Positions 52,770 through 62,589 of a stretch of 64,000 nt of DNA are shown here, piece by piece (the stretch's first letter is position 1; every line of letters starts with the position of its first letter). The notes under the pieces were generated by a model, which had not been told where the DNA came from, ran no database searches, and saw only the letters and a program-made list of their open reading frames with translations. The translations under genes and the position numbers were made by a program. The stretch comes from Vicinamibacteria bacterium (lineage in GTDB: Bacteria > Acidobacteriota > Vicinamibacteria > Marinacidobacterales > Marinacidobacteraceae): contig OY821641.1 in the NCBI GenBank assembly GCA_963555995.3, positions 2,272,001 through 2,336,000 on the forward strand, given 5' to 3'.

Positions 52770-55148
52770 ATGCCGAGCCTCACGGCCAAGTACCGCCGGA
52801 TTGCACTCGCTGGCGCGGGTGTCCTGGCCGCCGCGCTGCTCCTGACGCTGGCGGCCGGCGTGTACGTCCAGAGCCGGCTGCGCGCCAGCCGGCCGGCGCT
52901 GAGCGGCGCCGTGACGGTGGCGGGGCTCTCGGCCCCGGTCGTGGTGGAGCGGGACCGGTTGGGCGTCCCGCGCATCCGGGCGGAGACGATGCGCGACGCC
53001 CTGCGGGCGCTCGGGTATCTCCACGCCCAGGAACGTTTCTTCCAGATGGACCTCCAGCGGCGCCAGCCGGCGGGCGAACTGGCCGCACTGGTGGGCGGGG
53101 CGGCCGTCGGGGCGGACCGGGAGGCGCGCCGGCACCGGATGCGGGCGCGGACCGAACGGGCCGTCCGGGCGCTTCCCGCCGGGGCGCGGCGGGCCTTCGA
53201 GGCGTACCGGGACGGGGTCGCCGCCGGCCTCGCCGAGCTTTCGGCGCCGCCGTTCGAGTACCTGCTGCTCGGGCAAGAACCGGCGCCCTGGCGGATCGGC
53301 GACTCGCTGCTGACGGTGGTGGCGATGTACTTCGTCCTGAACGACGCGGAGGGGAGCCATGAGGCGAGGACCGCGGCGCTCGAGGCGGCGCTGCCGCCCG
53401 AACTGGCGGCGTTCCTGAATCCGCCGGGGACCGGCCGGGACGCCCCGCTCCTGGGCGAGGCGTTCCGGGTCCCCGAGATTCCCGGTCCGGCGGCGTTCGC
53501 CGGCGTCCGGGGGGGCGACCTCGTGTTTCCCGGCGCACCTCCCCCGGTCTCCGGGAGCAACTCCTGGGCGGTGGCCGCCGGGCGGACCGCCGGCGGCGTG
53601 GCGCTGATGGCGAGCGACATGCACCTGCCGCTCCGCGTCCCCAACATCTGGTACCGCGCCGAGTTGCACGTCGGGGACCTGCGCCTCCGCGGGCTCACGC
53701 TGCCGGGCGTTCCGGCGGTGATCGCCGGCAGCAACGGGAAGGTGGCGTGGGGATTCACGAACTCCGGCGGGGACTGGACCGACCTCGTGGAACTGGAACT
53801 GGACCCCGCCGACGCGCTCCGCTACCGCACCCCGGACGGCTGGCGGCGGATGGACGTGTTCGAGGAGGAGATTCCCGTGGCCGGGGCTCCGTCCGCGACG
53901 GTGGAAGTCCGGGAAACGATCTGGGGCCCGGTCACCGAGCGCTGGGGACGGCCGCTCGCGGTCCGCTGGATCGCGCACGACCCCGAGGGCCACCGGACCG
54001 CCTACCTGGGGCTCTGGGAGGCGTCGAACGTCGAAGACGCGTTCCGGGCCGGCTGGGGCAGCGGGATGCCCCCCCAGAACCTGGTCGCCGTGGACCGGGA
54101 GGGTTCGATCGGCTGGAGCATCGCCGGACCGATCCCCCGGCGCCGGGGGTTCGACGGCCGGATTCCGGTGTCCTGGGCCGATGGGACGCGGAGCTGGGAC
54201 GGGTACCTGGAACCGCGGGAGATCCCGGCGATCCGGAATCCGGAGTCCGGGCTCCTCTGGACGGCGAACAACCGGCTGGTGGACGGCGCCTTCCTGGACC
54301 GGATCGGCAGGGGCGGCAGCTACGCCCACGGCGAACGGGCGCGCCTCATCCGCGACCGGCTGCGCGCGGTGGAAGCCGCCGACGAGGCCGCGATGCTGGA
54401 CATCCAACTGGAGGACCGCGCCGACGAGCTGGCGGTGTGGCGCGAGCTGTTCCTCGACTCCCTGGAGGGTGCGGACGAGCCTTTGGCGGCCGAGGCTCTC
54501 CGCGTTCTGAAGGAAGGATGGACCGGCCGGGCGAGCGTGGACAGCGCCGCCTACCCGCTGGTGCGGAACGCCCGTCTCGATCTCTTCACCCGGGTGTACG
54601 GCCCCCTGACCGCCCCCGCCGCCGGACGCCTGCCGGACTTCTCCCCGTGGGTGGCCGTCCACTGGCCGGGTCCGCTGCTCCGGCTGGCGAGGGAAAGGCC
54701 CGCGCACTTCGTCCCGCCGGGGGCATCCGGCTGGGACGAGGCGCTCCGGCAGTCGGTGCTGGAGACCGCCGCCCGCGGGAGCGCGGCGGGCCCGCTCGCC
54801 GAGCGGACCTGGGGCGAGGAGAACGTCGTCCACATCCGGCATCCCCTGAGCCCGGCGCTGCCGCCGCCGCTCTCGCGCATCCTCGCGCCGTTCCTGGATG
54901 CGCCGCCGCGCGGCCTCCCCGGCGACACCGGGCTGCCCCGGTCGCAGGACGGCGACCACGGACCGTCCAACCGCTTCGCCGTCGCGCCGGGACGGGAGGG
55001 GGCGGGGATCCTCCACATGCCGGGGGGGCAGTCGGGACACCCGGGAATGCCGTACTACCTCTCCGGCCACCGGGACTGGGAAGAGGGCCGGGCCACCCCC
55101 TTCCTCGCCGGCCCGACGGAGTGGACCCTGACGCTCGTCCCGGAATGA
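52770..55148 (+). CDS. Penicillin acylase family (Ntn hydrolase) protein
   Basis: GVPRI, HAQERFFQMD, GSNSWAV, DMHL, WGFTN, PGGQSG. Confidence 0.92.
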   Translation: MPSLTAKYRRIALAGAGVLAAALLLTLAAGVYVQSRLRASRPALSGAVTVAGLSAPVVVERDRLGVPRIRAETMRDALRALGYLHAQERFFQMDLQRRQPAGELAALVGGAAVGADREARRHRMRARTERAVRALPAGARRAFEAYRDGVAAGLAELSAPPFEYLLLGQEPAPWRIGDSLLTVVAMYFVLNDAEGSHEARTAALEAALPPELAAFLNPPGTGRDAPLLGEAFRVPEIPGPAAFAGVRGGDLVFPGAPPPVSGSNSWAVAAGRTAGGVALMASDMHLPLRVPNIWYRAELHVGDLRLRGLTLPGVPAVIAGSNGKVAWGFTNSGGDWTDLVELELDPADALRYRTPDGWRRMDVFEEEIPVAGAPSATVEVRETIWGPVTERWGRPLAVRWIAHDPEGHRTAYLGLWEASNVEDAFRAGWGSGMPPQNLVAVDREGSIGWSIAGPIPRRRGFDGRIPVSWADGTRSWDGYLEPREIPAIRNPESGLLWTANNRLVDGAFLDRIGRGGSYAHGERARLIRDRLRAVEAADEAAMLDIQLEDRADELAVWRELFLDSLEGADEPLAAEALRVLKEGWTGRASVDSAAYPLVRNARLDLFTRVYGPLTAPAAGRLPDFSPWVAVHWPGPLLRLARERPAHFVPPGASGWDEALRQSVLETAARGSAAGPLAERTWGEENVVHIRHPLSPALPPPLSRILAPFLDAPPRGLPGDTGLPRSQDGDHGPSNRFAVAPGREGAGILHMPGGQSGHPGMPYYLSGHRDWEEGRATPFLAGPTEWTLTLVPE

Positions 55149-55186
55149 GCGCCGACCCGCCCCTCGGTGTCGGGAAGATCCCGATG

Positions 55187-55215
55187 TTGACAGGGGTTCC
55201 GGCCACGGCTATTGT
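55187..55215 (+). promoter_or_regulatory. Sigma70 promoter
   Basis: TTGACA-17 bp-TATTGT. Confidence 0.75.
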
Positions 55216-55220
55216 CCGAA

Positions 55221-55288
55221 GTGCGTTCGGGAGGGCTGCCTTGTCGCGGTCCGTCGAGACTAAGTTTCTCGCCCGGACGCCTTTTTTG
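55221..55288 (+). ncRNA. DUF3800-associated structured RNA/attenuator
   Basis: Closing stem GCGTTCGGG/CCCGGACGC, two internal hairpins, then T6; lies between promoter and gene. Confidence 0.6.
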
Positions 55289-55295
55289 TTTCGCG

Positions 55296-56042
55296 GTGTA
55301 CCTCCTCTATCTGGATGAGTCCGGTTCCGTCGGCGCATCTACAGAGACCCACTTCATTCTGGGGGGCGCGGCGCTCTTCGAGCGTCAGACTCACTGGCTC
55401 GACGTCAAGCTCGACGAACTGGCGAGGGCGCTTCGTCCGGAGGCGCCGGAGACACTTGAGTTTCACGGGAGCCCGATGCTCGCGGGCCGGGGCTGGTGGC
55501 GTGGTGTTCGTCGCCCGAACCGGCGTCAGGCGATCAAGGATGCGCTCCGTGCAGCCCATCAACTTCGGGGTCGCTGGACCCTCTTCGGAGCCGTCGTCGA
55601 GAAGGCGGCGCTTCCGAACGAGGATCTGGTCGAATATGCCTTTGAGCAGGTGAGCAGCCGATTCGACCAGTTCCTCGGCCGTCAGTTCGCGCGAGGCGAC
55701 GCGCAGCGCGGGTTGATCCTGTTGGACCGGCAGTCCGGCGAGCGGCGCCTACAGGCGCTGGCTCACGATTTCAAGACGTTCGGACATCGTTGGGGTGCAA
55801 CCCGAAACCTCGCCGACGTTCCGTACTTCGCCGACTCGCGCGCCAGCCGTCTGATCCAGTACGCCGACCTCGTCGCCTTCGCACTATGGTGCCGCTTTGA
55901 ACACGGGGACAGCGAGTTCTTCGACGTGATCGCAGAATGTTTTGATACGGATGCCGGCGTCGTTCACGGACTGCACCATTTCAAGAGCGGTAGCCGGGTG
56001 TGCGGTTGTCCGGGGTGCGCGAGCCGGGTTTCCCGGTTCTGA
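55296..56042 (+). CDS. DUF3800 domain protein
   Basis: YLLYLDESG at the N-terminus; SRLIQYADLVAF near the C-terminus. Confidence 0.85.
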   Translation: MYLLYLDESGSVGASTETHFILGGAALFERQTHWLDVKLDELARALRPEAPETLEFHGSPMLAGRGWWRGVRRPNRRQAIKDALRAAHQLRGRWTLFGAVVEKAALPNEDLVEYAFEQVSSRFDQFLGRQFARGDAQRGLILLDRQSGERRLQALAHDFKTFGHRWGATRNLADVPYFADSRASRLIQYADLVAFALWCRFEHGDSEFFDVIAECFDTDAGVVHGLHHFKSGSRVCGCPGCASRVSRF

Positions 56043-56100
56043 CACTCTTCCGCGCCATCTGAACCCGCGCGATTCGATCTGGCTCCAGCCGGCTCGAACT

Positions 56101-57369
56101 TCAGCCGAGGTACGGGATCGTCACCGGGCCGTGGGGGAGCACGGCCAGCCGGGCTTCCGCGCCGGCGCTTTCGAGGGCGTCCCGGCAGGCCAGGGACAGA
56201 TCCGGAACCGGCTCGAGGTGCGCCGCCCGCACCGTCTCCTCGGGAAGCGACGAACGGAGCCCGACCCGCGCGCGCTCCAGGATCCGGCAGTGGACCTGGA
56301 TCTGCCAGTCGTCGGGACGGCGCACCGGGGACGCGGCGAGCGCACCCCGGACCTCGGTGAGCGAAGCGCCGGCCCGGAGCGCCCGCGCGTACGCCCCTTC
56401 GTCCGGAATGCCGTCCCGGCATTCGGCGGCGCAGAAGATCGCCCCCCCGGTCTCGACGATCCGTTCCGCGGCGGACATCCCCTTGACGGCCTGGTAGAGG
56501 TTCTGGTCGAGGGGGTAACCGGAGTTCGTGGCCACCACCACCTCGAACGGCCCCTCCACCGGACACATGGCTTCCCGGCGGGAACGGACGCACGCGCGGG
56601 CGTGTTCTTCGAGCAGGTCGCCGCCGAAGACCCCGGTGATCCGCTTGTCGCCGTCGAGCAGCACGTCGAGCCCGAAGTCCACGCCCACCTGACGCGCAAT
56701 CGCTCTCACGTCGTCGTGGACGGGGTTGCCCTCGGTGATCCCGAAGACCGCGCTCGGGTGCCCGATGCGCGCGTCGTCGTGCAGCACCAGGATCGTCTCC
56801 ATGCCGGCGAGCCCCGGCGCCACCATCTTCGGCCCGCCCGAGAAGCCGGCGAAGAAGTGTGGCTCGACGAAGCCGGTGGTGATGCGCACGTCGGCTTCGA
56901 GGAAGCGGCGGTTGAGCAACACCGGCACGCCGGCCTCGGTGTCCGGAAGCCGGACGAGTTCGGACTGGTCCCGGCAGCGGTGGTTCACGACCTCGCAGGC
57001 CGCGAGCAGCTCGCTTCCGAACATGGCCTCGAGCTCGGTGGGAGTCGCGGGCCGGTGGGTGCCGGTGGCGACCAGCAGCGTCACCCGCTCCGGAGGGGTC
57101 GGGATCTCTTCGAGGATGGCCCGCAGCATGGGGATGCGGGGCTGGGCGCGGGTGGGGTCGCAGACGGAGATGGCCACCGTGGCGCCCGCGGGGACGCGCG
57201 CCGCCAGCGGCGGACCGGCGTCCGGCGTCCGGAGCGCCCGCACGATCGCCTCCGCCGCCGACGGGACGGGAGCGGGGAAACGGGGACGGATGACGGTGGT
57301 CCGTCCTTCGGCGGCGGGGGGGAGCGCGAGGTCGAGCCCGGTCTCTCCGTAGTCGAGTGGGATCCGCAC
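56101..57369 (-). CDS. larA: LarA-family nickel-pincer racemase/epimerase
   Basis: DPTR, ATGTHR, NH, EPHFFAGFSGGPK, DQNLYQAVK. Confidence 0.88.
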   Translation of the reverse strand: MRIPLDYGETGLDLALPPAAEGRTTVIRPRFPAPVPSAAEAIVRALRTPDAGPPLAARVPAGATVAISVCDPTRAQPRIPMLRAILEEIPTPPERVTLLVATGTHRPATPTELEAMFGSELLAACEVVNHRCRDQSELVRLPDTEAGVPVLLNRRFLEADVRITTGFVEPHFFAGFSGGPKMVAPGLAGMETILVLHDDARIGHPSAVFGITEGNPVHDDVRAIARQVGVDFGLDVLLDGDKRITGVFGGDLLEEHARACVRSRREAMCPVEGPFEVVVATNSGYPLDQNLYQAVKGMSAAERIVETGGAIFCAAECRDGIPDEGAYARALRAGASLTEVRGALAASPVRRPDDWQIQVHCRILERARVGLRSSLPEETVRAAHLEPVPDLSLACRDALESAGAEARLAVLPHGPVTIPYLG

Positions 57370-57391
57370 GGCTTCCGCGTATTCTCGCCGG

Positions 57392-58249
57392 ATGCGTCTT
57401 TACCGCTACGCCGCTTCCTCCGGCGCGGAGGCCGGAGTCCTGATCGGGGACCGGCTGATCCCGATCCGGGTCCTGGCCCCGGAACTCGCCCCGGCCGACC
57501 CGGGGGACCTCGACGAGGTCGTCCAGAGCGGCCGTCTCCCCGCGCTGGCCGCGGCCGCGGCCGGGACGGACGCCTCCGGCGGACTCCGGCTGGACGACGC
57601 GGATCTGCTGGCTCCGCTGGTGCGTCCCCCCAAGATCTGGTGCATCGGACTCAACTACCGCGCCCACGCCGACGATCTCGACGCGAAGACCACGGCCACG
57701 CCCGTCGGGTTCATGCGGCCGAACGCCTCCATCATCGGCCCGGGCGAGACGGTCCGCCTGCCCCGAGCTTCGCGGCGGGTCACCGGGGAGGGCGAACTGG
57801 TGATCGTGCTGGGCTGGTCGGGGCAGGACATCGCCCCGGAAGACGCGTGGTTGGCGATAGGCGCCTGCACGCTGGCGGTGGACATGACCGCGGAGGACAT
57901 CCTCCGGCAGAACCCGCGCTTCCTCACCCGCGCCAAGAGTTTCGACACCTTCCTGAGCCTCGGCCCCTGCCTCGTGACTCCGGACGAAGTGGCGACGCGC
58001 GAGTCACTCCCGGCGATCCGCACGACGACGCTCCACAACGGCGAGCCCGCCCGCACCGCGCTCGTGGAGGCGATGACCCACCCTCCCGAGAAGCTCATTT
58101 CCTTCTTCTCGGAGGACATGACCTGGAAGGCGGGCGACATCCTGCTTACCGGGACGCCGGGGGCGGTGGTCATCGAGGACGGCGATACCGTGGGCGCGGA
58201 GGTGGAGGCGATCGGGCGCCTCGAGAACCCGGTCCGGCGGCTCGGGTAG
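57392..58249 (+). CDS. Fumarylacetoacetate hydrolase family protein
   Basis: KIWCIGLNY, EGEL, DMTAED, AKSFDTF, GDILLTGTPG. Confidence 0.92.
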   Translation: MRLYRYAASSGAEAGVLIGDRLIPIRVLAPELAPADPGDLDEVVQSGRLPALAAAAAGTDASGGLRLDDADLLAPLVRPPKIWCIGLNYRAHADDLDAKTTATPVGFMRPNASIIGPGETVRLPRASRRVTGEGELVIVLGWSGQDIAPEDAWLAIGACTLAVDMTAEDILRQNPRFLTRAKSFDTFLSLGPCLVTPDEVATRESLPAIRTTTLHNGEPARTALVEAMTHPPEKLISFFSEDMTWKAGDILLTGTPGAVVIEDGDTVGAEVEAIGRLENPVRRLG

Positions 58250-58271
58250 TGACGCGCGACGGCGATGCGTC

Positions 58272-58306
58272 ACCGGCTGATCCGGAATCTGATTCCAGAT
58301 CAGCCG
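58272..58306. terminator. Hairpin between convergent genes
   Basis: CGGCTGATC..GATCAGCCG stem. Confidence 0.45.
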
Positions 58307-58315
58307 ATGCCCGCG

Positions 58316-58852
58316 TCAGGACTCCGGTTGCGGGAAATGGCGTACGCGCCGCAATAGGTCGTCGGACGGAGCGCCGGACCCCGCCGCTTGCCAGCCGATC
58401 AGGTCGGGTCGGGCACCGAAGAGCACGATGGTGAACCCGTCCCTCGCGCGGCCGGGTCGCTGGCCCCCCTCGACCCGGAATCCATGGGCCCCTCCGGGAA
58501 CGAGCGCCGCCGAAGGTGCGGTCAGACCCTCCTGTCCGGCCGCCCGCAGACGAACCGCCTCCCGCTGACATGGCGCCCAACTCGCCCGGCCACCGGTCAG
58601 GGTCCTGGCGGAGAGCCGGGGGCGCACTGCCGGCGGGTCACCGAGTTCGACCGCCCAGAGCGCCCGTCGAACGTGGGACAAGTCCGCGGGGTCGCGGATC
58701 TCCTCGTGCCGCAGGAACTCCGCCCAGGCCCCGTCCGGGGTGTCGGAGAAGTAGTGGGTGAGTCGCCCCGGGACGTTCCAGCGTCCCGCCGCCGACGAAG
58801 CCGTTTCGCGGAGGAACGGGAATCGGGGATCGGCGTGCCGGAACGCGATCAT
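58316..58852 (-). CDS. RES domain toxin
   Basis: AFRH, GRWN, YFS..WAE, APSAA. Confidence 0.85.
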   Translation of the reverse strand: MIAFRHADPRFPFLRETASSAAGRWNVPGRLTHYFSDTPDGAWAEFLRHEEIRDPADLSHVRRALWAVELGDPPAVRPRLSARTLTGGRASWAPCQREAVRLRAAGQEGLTAPSAALVPGGAHGFRVEGGQRPGRARDGFTIVLFGARPDLIGWQAAGSGAPSDDLLRRVRHFPQPES

Positions 58853-59457
58853 GTGGCCGGGGAGAAGCCGAGCGCCCCCGCGAGTTCCCGTACTCGCTTC
58901 GGGCCATCATCCTCCGCCGACCAATCACCGGTCAGCACCTCCGCCGGGGTCTTTCCGCCGAGCGCGGACCGCCTCCGGTCGAACCATCGCCGGACCCCGA
59001 TCTCGTTGTAGGCTCCGGCAAGGTCCCCGGCCACCAAGGCGAGGAAGTGAAGCCGCGCGGCGATCGCGTCCGGCGTCTTTCGCGCCCCCGACGAGTAACG
59101 GCGGGCGCTGGAGTCGGAGATGCCCAGGAGGCGAGCCAGCAGGTCGAGGCCCAGGGATCGCGAGAGCGCCGGCCACTCGGTGCGTGGCACGGGGGAGCCG
59201 ACGAGGGCCTCGTGAAGAGCCCTGAGCCATCCGGCAGTTTCGGCCGGATCCGAGCCGGCCGGACGTTGGACGAGGCGGCCGATTCCCACCTCGGCCAAAC
59301 GGGCCTCCAGCGCATCCATCGCCCCGCTGTCGAGCTGGACGACTGCGGAGGAACAAAGCCCCATCGCTTCCGCCCGACTCAGGGCCGAGGCCGCCAGGGG
59401 AGCAACCTGGGGGTCGTCGTACGGACTGGTTACGGACTGTATTTGGATTCTTAGCAT
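58849..59457 (-). CDS. Xre/MbcA/ParS-type antitoxin
   Basis: HTH segment LARLLGIS; VRRWF..LGGKTP; ATGA overlap with the RES gene. Confidence 0.85.
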   Translation of the reverse strand: MLRIQIQSVTSPYDDPQVAPLAASALSRAEAMGLCSSAVVQLDSGAMDALEARLAEVGIGRLVQRPAGSDPAETAGWLRALHEALVGSPVPRTEWPALSRSLGLDLLARLLGISDSSARRYSSGARKTPDAIAARLHFLALVAGDLAGAYNEIGVRRWFDRRRSALGGKTPAEVLTGDWSAEDDGPKRVRELAGALGFSPAT

Positions 59458-59715
59458 AGTCCGTATTATATCCGATCCTTCTCCGATGCTCTGCGAACGG
59501 TTGGCGACCGAGCGATACGGGAGCGCGCCTCGTACTTCTCCAGCCTGTGCCGCGAGAGCGCTCGGGTAGACGCGCTCTCGCCGCGCTGCGCGCAGCGGTG
59601 CCGGCTGAAGCCGGCGTTCCAGGCCGGATGCGCCGTATGGGTGAGCAGCGGTGCGCGATCTGCGGCCCTGCGGGCCGCGTGCCGGTCTGAAGACCGGCGC
59701 TCCCGCGTCCCGCCC

Positions 59716-60702
59716 TTACAGCTCCACGACCGTGCCGAGGCCGTGTTCCTCGGCGCGGGTGAGGGCGGCGGCGCCGACGGCTACGTCCTGGACGGCGGTG
59801 CCGACGGTCTTGAAGAGGGTGGGGCCGCGGTCGGGGCGCGGGGCGGCGCCGACGGCGATTTCACCGATTTCCGCCAGGATGTGGTCCTCGGTGATCGCAC
59901 CGCGGTCGCGGGGCTGGATCAGGTCGCCGGTCTCTTCCCAGCAGGACTCGCGGTGGTCCACCACCACCGCGGACCGGACGACTGTCGCTTCCGGGATGAT
60001 CTGCATGTCGGGGGTGAAGGAGCCGATGGCGTTCAGGTGCGCGTCGTCCCGGAGCGCGCTGTCGGAGAAGACCGGGGTGTTCGCGGTGGTCGCCTCGGCG
60101 ATGACCTCGGATCCGGCGACCACTTCGTCGGCTGACGCGGCTACGCGAACCGGAATGCCCAGCGCCGCCGTCATGTCGGCGGCGAAGCTCTCCGCCACCC
60201 CGGTGCGGGGGTCATAGACGCGGGCGCTCTCGATTCCGGGGCGCGCGGTGACCATGGCTTCGAGCTGGGTGCGCGCCTGGACTCCGGCGCCGAGCACGCC
60301 GGCGGTCCGGACGTCGTCCCGCGCGAGTTCCGCGGTGGCCACTCCCGAAGCCGCGCCGGTGCGGATCGCGGTCAGCACCCCGCCGTGCATCGCTCCGGCG
60401 GGTATCCCGGTGTCGGGGTCGAGCACCACCACCAGCGCGTTGATGGTCGGGAGCGGCGGGGTGCGGGTCAGGTTCTCCGGGAAGATCCCGACGATCTTGG
60501 TGGCGAGCTGGTGGGCGCCGGCGAGGTAACCCGGCATGTAGAGGCTGATCCCGGAGCGGCTCGGCACGTCCACCCGCGCCCGGACCGGCATGGTGGCCCG
60601 GCCGGCGGAGAGTTCCACGAAGGCCTGCCGGACGGCCTGGATCGCCTCGGCCATGGGCATGGCCGCGCGGACTTCGTCGGCGGACAGGAGGCGCAATTTC
60701 AT
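59716..60702 (-). CDS. Ornithine cyclodeaminase/mu-crystallin family protein
   Basis: LTAIRTGAASG, GAGVQA, NAIGS, FKTVG.AVQD. Confidence 0.92.
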   Translation of the reverse strand: MKLRLLSADEVRAAMPMAEAIQAVRQAFVELSAGRATMPVRARVDVPSRSGISLYMPGYLAGAHQLATKIVGIFPENLTRTPPLPTINALVVVLDPDTGIPAGAMHGGVLTAIRTGAASGVATAELARDDVRTAGVLGAGVQARTQLEAMVTARPGIESARVYDPRTGVAESFAADMTAALGIPVRVAASADEVVAGSEVIAEATTANTPVFSDSALRDDAHLNAIGSFTPDMQIIPEATVVRSAVVVDHRESCWEETGDLIQPRDRGAITEDHILAEIGEIAVGAAPRPDRGPTLFKTVGTAVQDVAVGAAALTRAEEHGLGTVVEL

Positions 60703-60750
60703 GCGCGGTCTTGTACCAGACGGGCGGCCTCCCTGTGCGAGAATCGCGGC

Positions 60751-61632
60751 ATGCAAGGCGTCTATTCGGTCCTGCCGACCCCCTTCGCTCCCGACGGGAG
60801 CTTCGATTCTCCGAGTCTCGGCCGGGTGATGGACGTGTTCCTCGAGGACGGCGTTTCCGGCTTCACCGCCCTCGGGGTCACGAGCGAGGTCGCGCGGATC
60901 TCCGATCGGGAGCGGGACGAGATCCTGGACGCCAGCATGGCCCACGCGGACGGCCGGGCGCCGGTCATCGTGGGCGCCACCGGGCCGGGGCTCGACGTCT
61001 GCCTCGAACGGTGCCGCGCCGCCGAACGCGCGGGGGCGGCCGGCGTCATGGTCTCGCCGCCGCGGGCGCCCAAGTGCAACTCCGAGGCGATCTTCCGGCA
61101 CTTCGCGCGGATCGCGGAGACGATCTCGATCCCGGTGGTGATCCAGGACTTTCCGCCGATCTCGGGTTTCCACATGGAGCCGGACCTGCTGGCGCGCATC
61201 TGCCGGGAGATCCCGTCGGCGCGCACCATCAAGCTGGAGGACGCGCCCACCCCCTACAAGGCGGCGCGGATCCGGGAACGGACCGAAGGGCTCGACATCG
61301 GGATCTTCGGCGGCCTCGGGGGCGCCTACCTGATCGAGGAACTCATCTCGGGCGCCACCGGCGCCATGACCGGTTTCGCCTACCCCAAGCTCCTGGTGGC
61401 GGTCGTCTCGCGCTGGGACGCCGGCGACCGGGACGGCGCGGCGGCAGAGTTCTACCGGTACGCGCCGGTGATGCGCTTCGAGTTCCAGGAAGGCATCGGG
61501 ATGGCCATCCGCAAGGAGATGCTGCGGAGGAGGGGAGCCATCGCCCACACGGGCATCCGCGCCCCCGCCGCCCTGCTCGACCGGGCCACCGAGGAGGCGC
61601 TCGACCGCATCCTGGCCCACTTCGAGCTTTAG
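60751..61632 (+). CDS. DHDPS/NAL family aldolase
   Basis: PTPF, LGVTSE, VMVSPP, IKLED Schiff-base Lys. Confidence 0.9.
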   Translation: MQGVYSVLPTPFAPDGSFDSPSLGRVMDVFLEDGVSGFTALGVTSEVARISDRERDEILDASMAHADGRAPVIVGATGPGLDVCLERCRAAERAGAAGVMVSPPRAPKCNSEAIFRHFARIAETISIPVVIQDFPPISGFHMEPDLLARICREIPSARTIKLEDAPTPYKAARIRERTEGLDIGIFGGLGGAYLIEELISGATGAMTGFAYPKLLVAVVSRWDAGDRDGAAAEFYRYAPVMRFEFQEGIGMAIRKEMLRRRGAIAHTGIRAPAALLDRATEEALDRILAHFEL

Positions 61633-61654
61633 CCGCCCGGCGGACGGGAACCCC

Positions 61655-62557
61655 ATGAGCCTGCTGAACCGGGCCATCGCCGGGACCCTCCCGCTCCTGC
61701 CGAGGGCGGTCATCGAGCCGTTCGCCCGGCCGTACATCGCGGGCGAGACCGTGGCCGATCTCGTCCGGGAGGCCGAGGCGCTGAACCGCCAGGGGTACCT
61801 GGTGGCGACCAGCCAACTCGGCGAGTTCGTGACCGACCGCGCCGAGGCGGAGGGGGCGACCGCGGTGTACCGGCAGCTCCTCGACGAGATCCACGAGCGG
61901 CGGCTCGCCGCCTACGTCCACGTGAAGGTGACCCAGCTCGGGCTCATGATGGACCGCGACTTCTGCCGCGACCAGGTCCGTTCCCTGCTGGAGCACGCGG
62001 CGAAGCGCGGCGGCGCCTTCCTGCGGATGGACATGGAGGACAGCCCGCGGATCGCCGCGACGCTGGGTCTGCACCGCGAACTGCGTCCCGCGTATCCGAA
62101 CTTCGGAGTGGTGCTCCAGGCCCGGATGCGCCGCAGCCTCGAAGACGCCCGGGAACTCGCCAAGGTGAAGGCGAACGTCCGCGTCTGCAAGGGCGTCTAC
62201 CTGGAGCCCCCCGACATCGCCTACACCGATCCGCAGGAGATCCGGGACCACTACCTGGCCATCCTCCGCGTCCTGCTCTCCGCCGGGTGCTACGTCGGCA
62301 TCGCCACCCACGACGAGTGGCTCGTTGACGAGGCTTCCCGCATGGTGCGCGAGTTCGGACTCTCGGCCGAGCAGTACGAGTTCCAGATGCTCCACGGGGT
62401 CCGGCCCCGGTTTCGGGAGAAGGTGAAGCGGTCGGGCCACCGGGTCCGGGTCGGGGTGCCGTTCGGTCCCGACTGGATGCCCTATTCGCTGCGCCGGCTG
62501 CGGAAGAACCCCGAAATCGCCCGTCACGTCCTGCGGGCCGTCTTCTCCAAGGGCTGA
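61655..62557 (+). CDS. Monofunctional proline dehydrogenase
   Basis: YIAGET, KVTQLG, DMED, VRVCKGVY, IATHD, EFQML.G, RRL..NP. Confidence 0.9.
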   Translation: MSLLNRAIAGTLPLLPRAVIEPFARPYIAGETVADLVREAEALNRQGYLVATSQLGEFVTDRAEAEGATAVYRQLLDEIHERRLAAYVHVKVTQLGLMMDRDFCRDQVRSLLEHAAKRGGAFLRMDMEDSPRIAATLGLHRELRPAYPNFGVVLQARMRRSLEDARELAKVKANVRVCKGVYLEPPDIAYTDPQEIRDHYLAILRVLLSAGCYVGIATHDEWLVDEASRMVREFGLSAEQYEFQMLHGVRPRFREKVKRSGHRVRVGVPFGPDWMPYSLRRLRKNPEIARHVLRAVFSKG

Positions 62558-62589
62558 GCCAGGGCCATCCCCGGATAGACTCGCGCGCC

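Noticed and set aside
48403-55148. Apparent giant fusions (741, 656, 1074 and 1167 aa)
   Set aside because: Upstream parts are open frames overlapping neighbouring genes; true starts are internal
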